This document shows positions 1-13,016 of a stretch of DNA of 64,000 nucleotides, piece after piece. The first letter of the stretch is position 1; each line of letters opens with the position of its first letter. The notes below the pieces were generated by a model. The model was not told where the DNA came from. It was given only the letters and a program-made list of their open reading frames with translations, and did not search any database. Made by a program: the position numbers and the translations under genes. This DNA is from Orbicella franksi (taxonomy: Eukaryota), in contig OZ116709.1 of assembly GCA_964199315.1 (NCBI GenBank), positions 2,046,001 to 2,110,000 of the forward strand, in the 5' to 3' direction.

Positions 1-87
1 TCTCGCGATTAGGCGTTCTTTCGCGAAAAAAAGAACGTCTGATCGTTGATTAAATATAGTTTGATTATGCTGTTTTTGTTCTGACAG

Positions 88-2400
88 TTACGTGTGGAAG
101 ACGCTGGATGTGGGTTATGTTCAGGGCATGTGTGACCTTGTGGCTCCTCTGCTTGTTATCTTTGATAGTGGTAAGTTATTTAACAGTGGAATATGCTGAG
201 ATGAAGTAACGACAAATAATGCGGATATGTATAACTTAAGTGTGACGTGTAATTGAGGTAAACAAGTTCCCCTTTTATTTCCGCAAACCTTCGTGAAAAC
301 ATGTTGAAATTTCAAGATGTGTTAACATGTGGAAATTTGTAGCTAATTCTCGCAGACAAGGTTCCACCCACAAAGACGCCTGTTCGAGTTTATGAGCGTT
401 TTTCCATTTTCTTTGCAGAGGCGGTAACCTACAGCTGTTTCGTGGATCTCATGCAAAGAATGAACAACAACTTCCCGCATGGCGGAGCAATGGACACGCA
501 CTTTGCAAACATGCGATCATTAATTCAAGTACGTTTAATTGTGGTTACAGTATAACGAAGGGCTAAAAGACCGGCAGAATGTGTTCACCGGTGATAACGG
601 GGGTTCGTTACGTGTTACAGTTAATTACTTTAGCGGGGATGAAGAATATCGTTCGGTATACCCCCCGGGGGACTTCCACTCCCAGATTAGGTTCCTTAAG
701 GAGTTTAATTGAAATTTTCCGACGAGTATCCCCGACCTTTTCATATGGGAGTCCCCTCTTACCCCGCCGGGGGTATGCCGTGGACAACGATATAAAGGAT
801 TTCGTTATCTCAGGTTCCACTATATTTCAACTCTTGACTTCTGTTCAATGAGGCAGAATGGAGTACAGTTTAGGGTTTATGCTTTGAAGTACCTGGCGGG
901 GGTGACATCGGTTAGTCAAAGTTTGGTCTACGTGTATTTAAACATTGTTCTGTTTGATCCCTCACAGATTCTTGACCCAGAAATGTTTGAGCATCTTCAG
1001 CAGAATGGTGACCTGACGCATTTTTACTTCTGCTACAGATGGTTTCTGCTTGACTTCAAGAGAGGTACGTGTTGATTGATTCACCGCACCTAACTCTAAA
1101 GCCGACTGTATTGTGTAAAAAAAGAAATACTGAAAGCTTACTGGGTCAGAATGACTGGAGTTGCCATTCATTTTGTATGATTTCATGATTGGCAGCAAGC
1201 AGTAATTCGGTTTATTTCTCAGGATTAATAGATGAATCGAACTAGTGGACACGTCATGTTAATTTTGCCATATCGCCTGCGTTTTTGAGCATTTAGAAGG
1301 TGACGTGCCTATAGGTATTTTCTTGATAAATGAAAAAAAGGTAAACCAGTTTAACGAGCATTATTTGAGGACACTGAGCAAACAAGCAAAGAAACTAACA
1401 AAACAAACAGGCAAGCAAATTCACAAACAAATGTTCACTCACAAATGTCATGACAAGAGCAGCTTTGTTAGCGTTTGTTACCGATATCGTAATTGTTCAT
1501 ACGTTGTTTCTGTTGAATGCTTGTCTTTGCAGAGCTTCTCTATGACGACGTGTTTGTGGTATGGGAGTCTATCTGGGCAGCGAGGCACTGTACTTCGGAA
1601 CACTTCGTACTGTTTATCGCTCTCGCACTGCTTCAGTTTTACAGGTAAAACATATGTTGTTTTGACGTTCATTAATTCTTGGTTTTCAGGTGACGCTATT
1701 GCCGCCATCAGTATTGGATGACATCCAATAAAATCGCTAACTGGCTTCCAGTGTTTGTGCCATCCAACGTGGCCACCTGGACTTTGTCATTTGAATCTCT
1801 CGGGATTGGTTGCAATTCACCTATTGATTGAATTAGGAAGAAAGTGTTTTTCTGGTGCCTGTAGTCTCCGCGAACTCCACGTGATGGTTTTCCCTTTGCC
1901 TCTTTATCTATATACTTTGATAGCATATTCCTCTTGTCTTTCAGAGATATCATTTTGGATAACAAGATGGATTTCACCGACATCATCAAGTTTTTCAATG
2001 GTAAGATCAGAGATATAAACATCTGTGTTACTTCTTTTACCATAACACTGATCAGGCTGATTGGAATCTAATGTCTCCTTGATGGAGAAGTGTAAAGATG
2101 ATAATGAATGTTATGAGAAGAAAGACGCTGATCAGAGAGATTTAAGGAAATTGTTTTGAAATATCAAATTGACTGGACAGAATGAGAAGAATTTTCATGG
2201 TGGGTTCATACATGATCAGATTCTCTAGACTAGCACTATAAGAAATGTATAGAGCTCAATAGGGAGACTTCTTACCTTGATTATACTTTATAACTTTGTT
2301 TTGAATTTCAGAAATGGCGGAGCGTCATAATGCGAAGGCGGCGCTAAAGGTGGCGCGAGGCCTGGTGGCGAAAGTCCAAGAACTTATCAAGAACCAGTAA
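88..2400 (+). CDS. SGSM1: Small G protein signaling modulator 1/2 (RUN-TBC Rab-GAP), last six coding exons; gene begins before the window
   Basis: GT-AG exons 88-170, 419-528, 968-1064, 1533-1644, 1945-2000 and 2312-2400 join in frame. They give [22 protein letters not shown]...[60 protein letters not shown]...[25 protein letters not shown]...KVQELIKNQ*, the TBC C-terminus of SGSM1/SGSM2 (co-orthologue). Confidence 0.95.
661..785 (-). repeat. Short interspersed non-autonomous repeat in an SGSM intron
   Basis: The reverse complement reads GGGACTCCCATATGAAAAGGTCGGGGATACTCGTCGGAAAATTTCAATTAAACTCC..., bounded by CCCCGGGG-type palindromes. It resembles a common coral dispersed repeat (from memory, not searched). 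Confidence 0.5.
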
Positions 2401-4750
2401 AATACTGCATAAATTAACCGCCAGTAAATTAATTATCAGGGCCTCAGCTATAATATGTCGCCTTGATTACTCCAAGTAATTATTTAACAAGCTTAGAGCT
2501 CTAAGTTATTGAGAATTTCCCTAGAGGAAGGACGACTTCTAACTAGGACAAAACTATGGCAGAAAATATACAAGATAACTATTCATCCCTGTACATAGAA
2601 ACAAACAAAAAAAGGAAAAAGCATAAAGTATTGAGTTATGTGAATATATTATTTGTGAGTTAAGGGCTAACCTGTGGATAGCTCACTTCATACTGTATTG
2701 GTTGAAGTATTTGAAACGTTTAAGTGTGAAGTGGGAGCTGCTGTTATCATGTCAGTGTAACGAGGAAAACAATTCTTTAAACTGCTCTAAAGTTTTATCC
2801 TATAGCACCATGGAGAAACCCGTGTCAAGTTTAATATTTAAGCCACAAAAGGGTAAATATTTCTCATATTTTTTTGTGGGTGTGGCTTTCGGTGACCAGC
2901 TCTAAAAGAAATTTGTAGTATACTTTACTTAGCACTAATAGGCTTCATGCATCGAAAGCCCAAGTATCTGACTCTTATTTAAGCTGAGGCTTTTTACTTG
3001 ATTCCTTTCACATTTGTCATTCACTCCTGGAGAACCAGGTCAATAACTTGGCTAAAATAGCATTTTCTAACTGGTTTGAACCTACCTCACGACAATATAG
3101 CCTGCGCGCCAATTATTTTGCGCGGAAAGGTGACGAACGTCTCCGCGTTTGCGCGTGAAGTAGTTAAAATACTGGTACCGGAAGCCACAACACTTTAAAT
3201 GCAAACAGATTATTTGTTGTGAACTAAATCACACTTGATAAATTAATCCTTCAATGCTTGTTCCTTGCTAGATGGGGACGAGCTGGTACTCGTGAATGAG
3301 GAACTCTAGTTAGATTGGAGAGAAGAGAGACGAGAGAAGAGAGAAGAGAGAACAGTACTTGTTAAACTGAATTATATTAATGAAACTTAATGACTTAGGT
3401 TTTGCGCGGATGCGAACGTGTGACTGAGGTGAAAAAATAGGTGCCACTAATTTGAACAATTATTAACAATTATCAATTATAACCCTTTGATTTTGTTTAT
3501 GATTAGAAATTTCTTAACTGACTCGATCTGATTGCGTTTATATGATTAAAACGTTCGTAGCTGAATGGAGCTGAATGGACCTTTGTTTAACGAGCTAAAA
3601 CTAGCTAGACTAGTTAATTTTTACGACGGTGAGCGACGATATGTGCTTACTACCAAATCAATAGATTTCTTTATTTATTAAGAGATACTTATAGATACTT
3701 AGATACTACTGAACTGTTCAGATTGTTTTTGTAATGGTAAACGTCCTGTATTCCCAAAAACGACAAACCAAAACTGTTGGCAGTCTGGCTTTTTTCTGTA
3801 CAGCAGCGCAGTTATGACCTCCACGCTGACAGTCCAAGTTTTTTTCTTAAATTCATGTACACTTTTATAGCACGTTCTTCATGTTTAGTTTTTCTTATCT
3901 CTGAGTTAAATTTGTTTGTTTTTCTTTTAAAAACCAAATAGGGAGCGATTTACACGCGTGTCATTTAGGTATTGGTCAGTTATTGGTCACATGACTGCGT
4001 TCTGTTCATGGTTGAGTAGAGCTGAACGTGCAAACGAGAATGATGTAAATTAAATATCAATAAAAACAGTCAAACGTTGCTAACGGGTGGGTAATGAAGA
4101 CTTACATACAATCCGTTTACACCAGTTGTACTTAATATATACAGACTTGTGTTTCGTGATACGAGATTAAAAGGAGAAGAGCAAACTCACCCTACGGTCA
4201 CCATTCCTTTCAACTCTTCCTCGTTCCTATTATCATACATTAGCTGCGCATGACCTTTTTGTTTTTAAAAACGCAGGAAGAATTTGCACTCGTCCTTTAT
4301 TGGAAGGATCCTCTGTGACCGGAACAACAACGAAGCCTCATTAGTGCTGGGCGAGGTGTAAGATTCATTCAAGAGAGGAAAAATATTTAAAGCACGACAG
4401 CCGCGCATTCCGGGCGCTTTGAAGAAGCGCGAAGCAAGAGCGACTGGTAACGAGGGTCGTGCGAAGTTCAAGGGAACATTTTCGCCTTCCCGATCTCCTT
4501 TGCGCGGCACTAATCTATATTGATTTACAGAAGCAACGAACGGAAACACGGTTTTAAGCTAATCCTTTTTTTCTCGTGTTTGACAATCAACGGGATCTTG
4601 GACCCTGCATGATCTAGGATTATCAAATAATTGGCTTTGAAGTTTTTTATTTGTTGTGTCTGTGGTTCCCCGTGTTCTCCTCATGAAGTACATCGCCTGG
4701 GCACTGTATGGGATGATTACCACCTTCAAATGATTGAAAGGCGCCTCCCT

Positions 4751-4801
4751 AGCCTGAAATGTCAGTCATCTCCCACCCCAAGCTGACTGACATTTCAGGC
4801 T
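4751..4801. repeat. Perfect 18-bp inverted repeat (hairpin), probably a collapsed MITE
   Basis: AGCCTGAAATGTCAGTCA, 15-nt spacer, TGACTGACATTTCAGGCT. The AGCCTG terminus is shared with MITEs at 28924 and 62333. Confidence 0.75.
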
Positions 4802-5925
4802 GAGACTTTCCCCCTCAGTCAACAAACAAAACAGACCCACTGACATCAATGTTCCCACAACCTCTCTTCAGCTTCAGTAATTCAGAAGGGGTTCCTGGTG
4901 TTATATAATATTAAGTGTGACAATGAACTGTTCAGAGAAAAAAAACAACCAACCAAACCCACATATTTGCAACCCACAAAACTAGACAGAGTGATTCTGG
5001 ACAAAAAAAAGAAAAATGACTGGTAATTTGTTTTATCCTCGGAAACAGTGACCAGCTCATAAGTACTTAGTAACCAAATGTTAATGAGTTCCCTGTCAGA
5101 ATCAAAGACGTGCAGTTTTCAAGTCAGTTTTCCTAGAAAAAGACTCCTTGCATCCTGATAAACCAAATCCGTGAACGATCCGTGAATTCTCAGGCAACCT
5201 GTCTTGCGAAAAACTTGCAGACGAGGGTTGATAAGAGCCGATAAGCGTGGCGGTTTGTGTAGTACAGGAGGGAAAGGGTGAGGGGGTTGGCTTGTTTTGA
5301 GACTGATATGTCTAAAGATAAATATTTCATTTGGGAAGTTTGAAATAAAGAAGCTGGCTATGGAAAGCAAGTGAATTTACTATACTGCTTTTTAGCTCAT
5401 GTTGTTACTGTACAATTTTAATAAAATAACACATAAGTTCACAGAATAATAACAAAGTTATTGTAAATCGATCCAGTGTCCAAATAAATAGTCAGCAACC
5501 GTTCTTTACTGGGGAGCATGTTCATGTGTAGAGTCAGTAAATCCAAATTAGCTTTGAAATAAAGTATTATTTCGTACCAGTTTCAGCTCGACTAAAATTT
5601 CCTGTTATTTTCAAGAACTCATGCATACCAATTATAGAGTTTACAAAGTAGCTACAAAATGATTGTCCAAAGAACGTTAATAAGCGTTTTACAAAGTTCC
5701 TTTCAGTGTACATTAAGTCAACTGAATGCAAAGCAGTTTTTAACTGCTACTACCCACTAAACATTATCCTTTGTTAGCTAATATTAACTTATGTGTCAAC
5801 GCTCTTTTGACTTAGGGAATTCTTCAAGCAAAAATATATGCTGTTCACCGACTAAGATCATGGTTGACTGAGTCGTTTTCACGGCTCATTCCTCAAATTT
5901 TATACAACGATATGACTTGCTTATA

Positions 5926-6750
5926 TTACGACTGCCTTATTTTAGTACCGGCACACATACGGCTGTACAAGTGCTGAAGTCCTTGACGATAATTTGCACT
6001 GAAAATAAAGCAGATGCGAGGATTTATGGGAGAATTTGCGAAAGCCATTAGTGAAGCACTAAATCTGAAGGCAGTGAATCCACAAGACGATGTGGTGATA
6101 TGCGATGCAAAGACGAACAGAGTCCCACTGATAGTGATCGATAACCAGCAAATTGCAAATCCGATTACTATAGCAATGGCCATCCTTAACACATTTCTTT
6201 CTCTTCGCTCGCGTTGTTGTCCAACTTTGACCTGTGACTTTTCACCTGGAATCTTCTGTGACTTGAGCTTAAGATAGATGATAATGTAGAGAATGGTTAT
6301 CAACACCAATGGGATAAAAACGAATACAAGCGAAAATGCCACAAAGTACTGGTTCTTGAAAGACGCTCCAAAGACTTCACTCCACAGTGGTCTGTTCACC
6401 CTCCTGTCTGGGTATTTAACCAGCTTGAAGGCCAGGGTGTAGAACAACTGGATAGCTATAGCAACGATCCAAGAGGCGATGATTAGGGAGAGGCACACCT
6501 TTGAACTGTTTACTCGATAACTAAGGGGAAATACCACTGCTACGAATCGGTCCACTGCTATCGGAACTAGGCTCTGTATAGAAACAGTAGGGGAGATACC
6601 TTGTAGGAATGAAAGCAGTTTGCATGTGGCTTGGCCAAGTGAGCCACTGATCAGCCAGGAGTCCACGAACAATCCTGTTAGAATCCATGGAAAGCCGAAC
6701 ATTGGAAACAACATGTCAGACATGGCCAGGTTTACGATTAGAAAGTCGGT
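5926..6750 (-). pseudogene. Intronless rhodopsin-type (neuropeptide-receptor-like) GPCR lacking N-terminus and TM1; probable pseudogene
   Basis: Motifs FLIVNLAMSD (TM2), CKL (TM3), IAVDRF, FAICWL and INP.ICFIFS.NYR are present. The frame has no upstream ATG and runs into repeat sequence at ~6751. Conserved sites are altered: Pro inside TM3 (SLVPIAVDRF), no ECL2 Cys, and CWLS instead of CWxP. Confidence 0.75.
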
Positions 6751-6931
6751 GCCATTTATTTCTAACCGCAAAAGCGGCCGAAAACGGCAAAAGCGGCCGT
6801 TTTTCTAAAGTCGCGCAGATTAAATTAAGACAGCTGCTCAAATGTTATTGCAAAACTGATCTAGATATTGATTTAGTTTTTTTCTACATTTAAGGTTAGA
6901 AACATGTTCAGCGTGAAAAATTCCGTGCCGC

Positions 6932-7100
6932 AGTCTCAGTTCGCGTGTCGTTTATAAATTCACATGTGCTGGCTGTAATGCCTGCTACATTGGTGAGACC
7001 ACTCGCTACATTTCTAAACGTACCCGCGAACACCTTCTGTCGGACAAGGCTTCGCGTGTTTACAAGCACTTGCAGGCATGAGGACCTGTTGTGACGCATG
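6932..7100 (+). mobile_element. Penelope-like retroelement remnant (GIY-YIG endonuclease fragment)
   Basis: Translates SLSSRVVYKFTCAGCNACYIGETTRYISKRTREHLLSDKASRVYKHL*, the VVY..C..C...YIGET..R..EH signature. Disrupted by a stop. Confidence 0.8.
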
Positions 7101-8456
7101 TTCTGAAGTATTGCTTTTCTCAAAAGATAAATTCTATTCTCATGCAAAACTATGTGTTTCCAGCTGCCCACAGGTTGGAAAACTAAACAATATAAGATTA
7201 AACGGAGTATGTTTCTTTGTTCGCGCAAAACTTTGCAAATTCGGAAGTCAGTCAAGTGTTGTTTTCTGATACAAGAATACAATAAGGTAGATTAAAGCTC
7301 AGTTTGACAAAACTCAGGTGTCTGTCAAAAAGCTCTCGTTTAGATTGAATTGAACAAATGAGAGAATTCTGATTAGAAAGAATGGATACAAATTAGAAAT
7401 TTTTGAAGGATTTAGGACTAGCCTTGCAGAGAGGAAAGATTGTAAGTAATGAGGTTCTTGAAGCTGATTCTAATTCAGGTTTGGTTGAATTCAAGTGTCA
7501 GCGTACGCCAGTCCTTAATTGACTAGTTCGTAAATAACTGAAGGAATTATTAATTTCTGGTCCCACAGCTGAGAAATAATTAGTTTCCTAACAAATGAGT
7601 GCAGTGATGAGAATAGCCGGCACATCTACCTTACAATCATAATTAATTTTGCCTGCAGATACCCATTTCTTCTTGTGTCTCGTTATAATTTTTAAGTTCA
7701 ACCGCTCCTTTCCTTTCTGCATTCGATTGCTTTTTGGGATATATTTCCTTTTTCTTTGGCTACCTCGATCAATAACCAAAAAATTACATCATATAGTAAA
7801 ATTTCTAAACAACTGAAATTCGGAAATTCCCAAATGTATCCCAAGCTATTTCAAAATGCTTCTACAAAATCGAACAAATCGGTACGTAATCTCACATAGA
7901 AGTGAGGAGAGCGTTGATTGAAAAACAATGGCATTTATTATTCTCTTGTTGTCCTTGTTTTCGCAAACCACGGTAATCGTTACAGAGCTCTTGACGTCGC
8001 AGGGAACATCGCTGTACTCCGAGCTAAAGCTTTCAGTCTGGCTCAAATAAAACACTTAAAAACCACACAGAAAAATAAATCTCAAACCTAACTTTCCATA
8101 ACGGCTAATTTTGTTATTCTACTATATATTTTACCGCCTCCTTACGACCAGTTCGACTCAAGAAAGCCATAAGTTTTCTTTCCAGTTCGGCTGGATATAG
8201 ACGATAAAAAAACCCCGTGCTTGCCCTAGTTAGGCAGCGCAGTTAATAAGATTGGGAGGATCGATCGAACTGGTGGAACCTTTCTACTCGCGAGAACTCG
8301 TGAAACAGTCGGTATGAGTCGGGAAAGCTCGGAATTGTTTTCACACCGCTGGTCAAGGAGGTGTTGAACTACCTAAGGCTTGGAGGGCTTACATTTGGGG
8401 CCATTTGGGACAATTTGGGACACGTTGTTTCGCATTGCTCGAGGAAAGGGAGAAAT

Positions 8457-11400
8457 ATGTGGGGGCTTCTGCCGCTAACCACATTACTTCTCTTTACTAT
8501 TTTCACGGCTGTAAACTCTGAAGAGAAACAGGACGTGGGAAAAGGAGCTATCGTGAGAGCTCGCTTAGAGGTTTGTTTAGGTCCGCATTTGTAAGCCTAT
8601 CTTGTTAACTTTTAGCGACACCATTCTCGATCGTATGAAAGCTTATTGTGTCCCTGTAAATGTTACACTCATCAAATTGGTATTAGGACGAGATTCTTCT
8701 AGTTCTAACCTGTAGAATGGGTAACATCTATTGAACATCACTTGCAAGTCTCAATCGTTGGATGCCTGGTAGGCAGGAAACAGCTTGAATCTGTATTTAA
8801 CAACACATGATCAGAGCGATTGAAATGAGGAAATTTTGTGCCTCAAGTGTAGTTCCATTCTTCTGCTTATGATTTTTTTTCTCTTATTTTAAACCGTTTT
8901 TGGAATGAGGACACTCAAACGATAAACGATATTTGGCATTATTTTCACTTTGTTCAAATCTGTCTTCAGAACTAGCTAATCATGAACATGATTTGTAGCA
9001 ACATGACTTATTCCTCTTTGGACCGTTTTACACCATTTTTGCAACCACGAACATAATACCAGTGAAAATGTAGTGTTATTTTTTGGTGGAATTATCGCCT
9101 CTTTTGTCATCCTAAGACAACAAAGAAATGAATGGAAAGCACATGCTTGCCCTCAGCAGCAAACATTTTTGTGACTCTGTTCAGTTTCTGTGTTTCTGAA
9201 TAATTAATTAGAAAGTTTTGATCATTTTAAACATGTCACACTAAGCACACTCTGATTGGTTGTGAAGTTGTTTTTTTTAACAAGGTCATTTTAACTGGGT
9301 GATGACATATTATTAGCATTTTGAAGGCCCTGTTTAGTAAAAGAAATACAGGTAAGAAATGGCCACCTTGTATAGCATGGTACAAACACTTGAGAAAGTT
9401 GAGACTTTCTATGGTGCCAGAAGATTTCCATTTCATCATCCATTTTTTGCAAATTATTTTTAAAATAATTTTATTGTTGACCCACCCAGAGAAGGTCTCC
9501 AAGCTGCTCAATACTGGCTTGAAAATCCCTAAGAGTCTTCTAGACATTGATTGATGTGAGTAATTCACAGTCTGTTGTAAACTGGCCGCTTTGGCTGTAA
9601 TGATTTGACTTGGCTGTCTTGGGGGTGATTAAAATGAATCGTCATTGCAGTTAAAAAATATTGAAAATATAGGTAAAATGAAGTCAAGATATCAACTTCT
9701 CTGATTAATATAAATAATAAATAAAGAAAATGGCAAGAGTGACCTTTCATTTGCAAAAAAATTTTAACAAGATAGAAAATTTGCATACTGGCAAAACAAA
9801 ATGCAATGTGAAATTTGAAACCTTTAACCAATGTCAGTGATGATTTTATTGCTTGATTCTCACCCCTTTAAGGTGAAAATCCTAAGCTGGTAATTTCTCA
9901 TGGCATTTCTTAGCTTCTACATGTACATTGTAGATTTCAAAATTTTCTGGGGGAGAGGGGTACTACCCCAGACCCCTTAAGGTGAGCAGCCATCTACTCT
10001 TCCAGCTGCAGACACCTAGTTCAAAACATTTTGAATCCCTGACTACTACTATGTAATCATCCAGTAGTTAGCCTAATGCATATGGTTAGAGTACTCTGGG
10101 CTGCTGTGTTCTGTTCTGACACAGGCCCTCTTCTCTACCCACAGTATAAATCAAATGCCTCTTAACAACTTCCTTAGGAAACCTGGTACAATTCTGGTAG
10201 AAAGTAGCAATACTAAATGCAGTTACTTAGTTCCAGGACCAAAAACCCTGGGCAGGCTTTGAGCTGCTGCTGCATACCGTCCTGACATGTAGCCTGCATA
10301 TGACAGACGTCTGTTATTGCATTCCCAAGACAGAGGTGTATGTCCAAAACTAAGTTCAATAAAGTGTTTAGCACCTAAGATCCATGCTAGTTAATTGATT
10401 TTTGATTGTTTTTCTTCAGACTTGTGGTGGATGACGTTTAAATTCTCTACCAGAGGTAAATGTTGTACCATGTTGTGGTTTATCTTAATTTTGTATATTG
10501 CAATGAAGCATTATATAAAATATTGTTTCTTTGCAATCATGATGCAATGGATTCATCAAGAGATTTTTTTTCTTGTGTCACGTCTAACTTGCATGATTCA
10601 AATGAAGAGTTCATTCTTGAAACAGACCAACCTTAAAGTTACCTTCTAATTATATGCATTATACATTATTTCAACAGGTGAAGGCTTTCATTAGAGAGCT
10701 ATTGCCTCACTAGTATCCTTGCATTCATGTCCAATTATTATTGTTATCAATTATCAATACATGGAGGTTTACTTTCCTAGTGTAACCTTAAACTATGTTT
10801 TACAAGCGTTATTGTTTATTGGCAACACTATGTGATACAGCGCACCTCCAGTGGCGACCACCTCTCGTAAGCAACCACCTTTCCTCAGCAACCAGTTTTC
10901 CAAAAAGCCAAAAGTTTCCAAGTCAAATCACTATATTTTTGACTTGACAGATAATAGAGAGTAAATTGGATAATTAAGTGTTGACCTTGTATTATCGCAT
11001 TCCTGGGTAGTACAAGAGATGGAAATTTCTCAATGGGAAGTACTGGATTTTCTCTCAAAATTGACTTTTCATGTGAATAAAACATTAAAACATGGGGTAA
11101 GTCTCTGCTGTTACCATATGCTAATGAGGCAAAATTTTGAACCAATATGGTCTAAGCTCTCGTAAGCCACCACCTCCGGTAGGTGACCACCTCCCGTAGG
11201 CGACCACCTAGGCTGACATTTTGGGTGGTTGCTCATGGGAGGTTCGACTGTAGTTACCTTTTTTCAGTCTGATAATTTTCCATTTTTCCATATAACACAT
11301 TATTAAAAACTGGATCATTGGACAATCAAATTCAAGAGTTTTCATTGGCTTAACCATCATGGGTTATGGGCCATTACACTATGCTCTACAAATACAGTAA

Positions 11401-12752
11401 GCATACGCGTGAATTTTCGGGGCATTTTTTTTTTTAGTAGTTAAGTATTTTATTGGTTTCCTGCACTACTAGTAATTACAACAACAATTTTTGGGGCATT
11501 TTTATTTTTACTTCAGTCTAGTTTTCTGTAATCATTGGCTATCTACCATCTTGTATCCAACACGCACTTGTGGAATAGTTGTTAAATATGCATCCAAACA
11601 TAGATGTGAGACAATTTTAGACATGCATTACAAGACTTGATGTTTGCTTGCTTCCAGGGAGAAACACTGGACACCCTCAGACTTATGGTGTTACTACAAG
11701 TTTTTTTCTGGTCAATTTTACTAGATTTATTTTTGACTGTTTAAAAATGTAACATTGTTATCTTAGTCCAGAACATCAATTCAATATGATTCTTAACCAT
11801 TCTTACTAGCCATGATGTAAAAATCAGGTACATTCCAGGAAAAGACCCAACCATGGTGTTCTTAAATGCTGACAACAAAGTGGTGCTGGTGAGTAATCAC
11901 AAAAGTATTTATCATGACTTTACGTTGTGCCTCATCTTCATCTCATTTTGTACTCCGATTCTGTCATCAACATTGTTAAACTCGGGTACAGGACCAGGTC
12001 AGTTTTCTACAGCAGTTGGTGAGAAATATATTTCTAGGGGGGAGGGCAAGCTGCCAAGATTGTATCTAGATGTTACAATAGTAATGAAGTCAAGGTAAAT
12101 AAAGCATGTTATGCTTTTTAATAAGTCAGATAAAATCACGTCTACAGTGCATTTAAAGCCAGTGTCTTTAAAGCAAGCTTTACAGACACATATACTTTGT
12201 GTGTGAGTAGTATGTCACTTGGGTTACAGAAAAGTGTCTGTTGTCCGCATTAACCTATTACAAGCTTTTTTGTCAGGACAAACAAAACTGACCATAATGA
12301 GAAGGTTTCTGTGTTAATTGGGTATCTGCAGAGCAGACTTCCACTGTACAATATTGGAAAAGTTTCATTCTGTACATGCAACTTTTAATGGGCTCCAAAC
12401 AGGAGGAATGTTCTGTGACTCATATTATGCATTTCCTCAGAAGTCTTTGTAACCTGTTCTTGGTTCAATGATCTTCATCTTTTGTCTTGTTTTTCTCCTC
12501 ACACAGGAAGAGGATGTCGCAGAGAAGAAAAGAGAGGAAATATCCCAGCTTCTGGAAACACATGGCTTGTTGAAATCAACAGAAGCCAGGAGTGAAGTTC
12601 CAGAGGATCCATTTGAGGAAGAACCAGAGGAGCCTGATGAACCATGGGATGAGGAGGAGGACAGGGGGGATGATGGGTTTGAAGATGGGCCTGAAGGGCC
12701 AGAAACAGAGGAAGAAGATGACGATGATGCTACTGAGCATACAGAACTTTAG
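8457..12752 (+). CDS. SELENOM: Selenoprotein M (ER thioredoxin-like, CGGU motif), 5 exons, ~169 aa
   Basis: Exons 8457-8570 (signal peptide MWGLLPLTTLLLFTIFTAVNS...ARLE), 10420-10455 (TCGG-TGA-RLNSLPE, TGA at 10432-10434), 10678-10712 (VKAFIRELLPH), 11810-11888 (HDVKIRYIPGKDPTMVFLNADNKVVL) and 12507-12752 (REEISQLLETHG...HTEL*). This matches the SelM pattern ARvEtCGGUqLNrLkEVKAF...PGaDPeL. A SECIS lies downstream. Confidence 0.95.
10713..11809 (+). other. U12-type (minor spliceosome) GT-AG intron of SELENOM
   Basis: 5' site GTATCCTT, branch-point-like TTCTTAAC at 11790-11797 only ~12 nt from the AG, and no long polypyrimidine tract. Splicing here gives an in-frame TA|C Tyr codon. Confidence 0.85.
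10838..11250. mobile_element. Tc1/pogo-type MITE inside the U12 intron
   Basis: TA-flanked imperfect TIRs CAGCGCACCTCC / GGAGGTTCGACTG and internal repeated (G/A)CGACCACC motifs. Confidence 0.7.
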
Positions 12753-12810
12753 AATATCAAAACAAATTTAAAAAAGATTAGCATCAAAGGGGATTAATAT
12801 CTTACTGTAA

Positions 12811-12997
12811 TGTGCAGTTGCAGAGAATATCCATATCCACCCCAAGGAAGGTTAACAGAAATTACATGGGGAAGGGGGATTCAAAAGCCAAACTTTTTAA
12901 AGGAAACTATGAAGCTAAACTGAAATTTTCCAGTGGCGGGGATTCAAACTAAAAAACCTTCCTTGGGAAGGGGATGGTTATTTTCTGGAACTACACA
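12811..12997. mobile_element. MITE in the SELENOM 3' UTR
   Basis: Imperfect TIRs TGTGCAGTTGCAGAGAATATCCAT / ATGGTTATTTTCTGGAACTACACA. Confidence 0.65.
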
Positions 12998-13016
12998 ATT
13001 CTACAGTAGTTATATT

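Noticed and set aside
1708-2043. 111-aa minus-strand ORF and other ORFs in 579-2043
   Set aside because: They overlap SGSM exons and introns; the spliced plus-strand model explains the coding signal.
7846-8055. 69-aa minus-strand ORF near the SELENOM promoter, considered as the missing GPCR N-terminus
   Set aside because: There is no GN-containing TM1 pattern and no usable splice path to the GPCR frame.
12660-12668. RGD motif in SelM (EDRGDD)
   Set aside because: It lies in a low-complexity acidic tail of an ER-retained protein and is likely chance.
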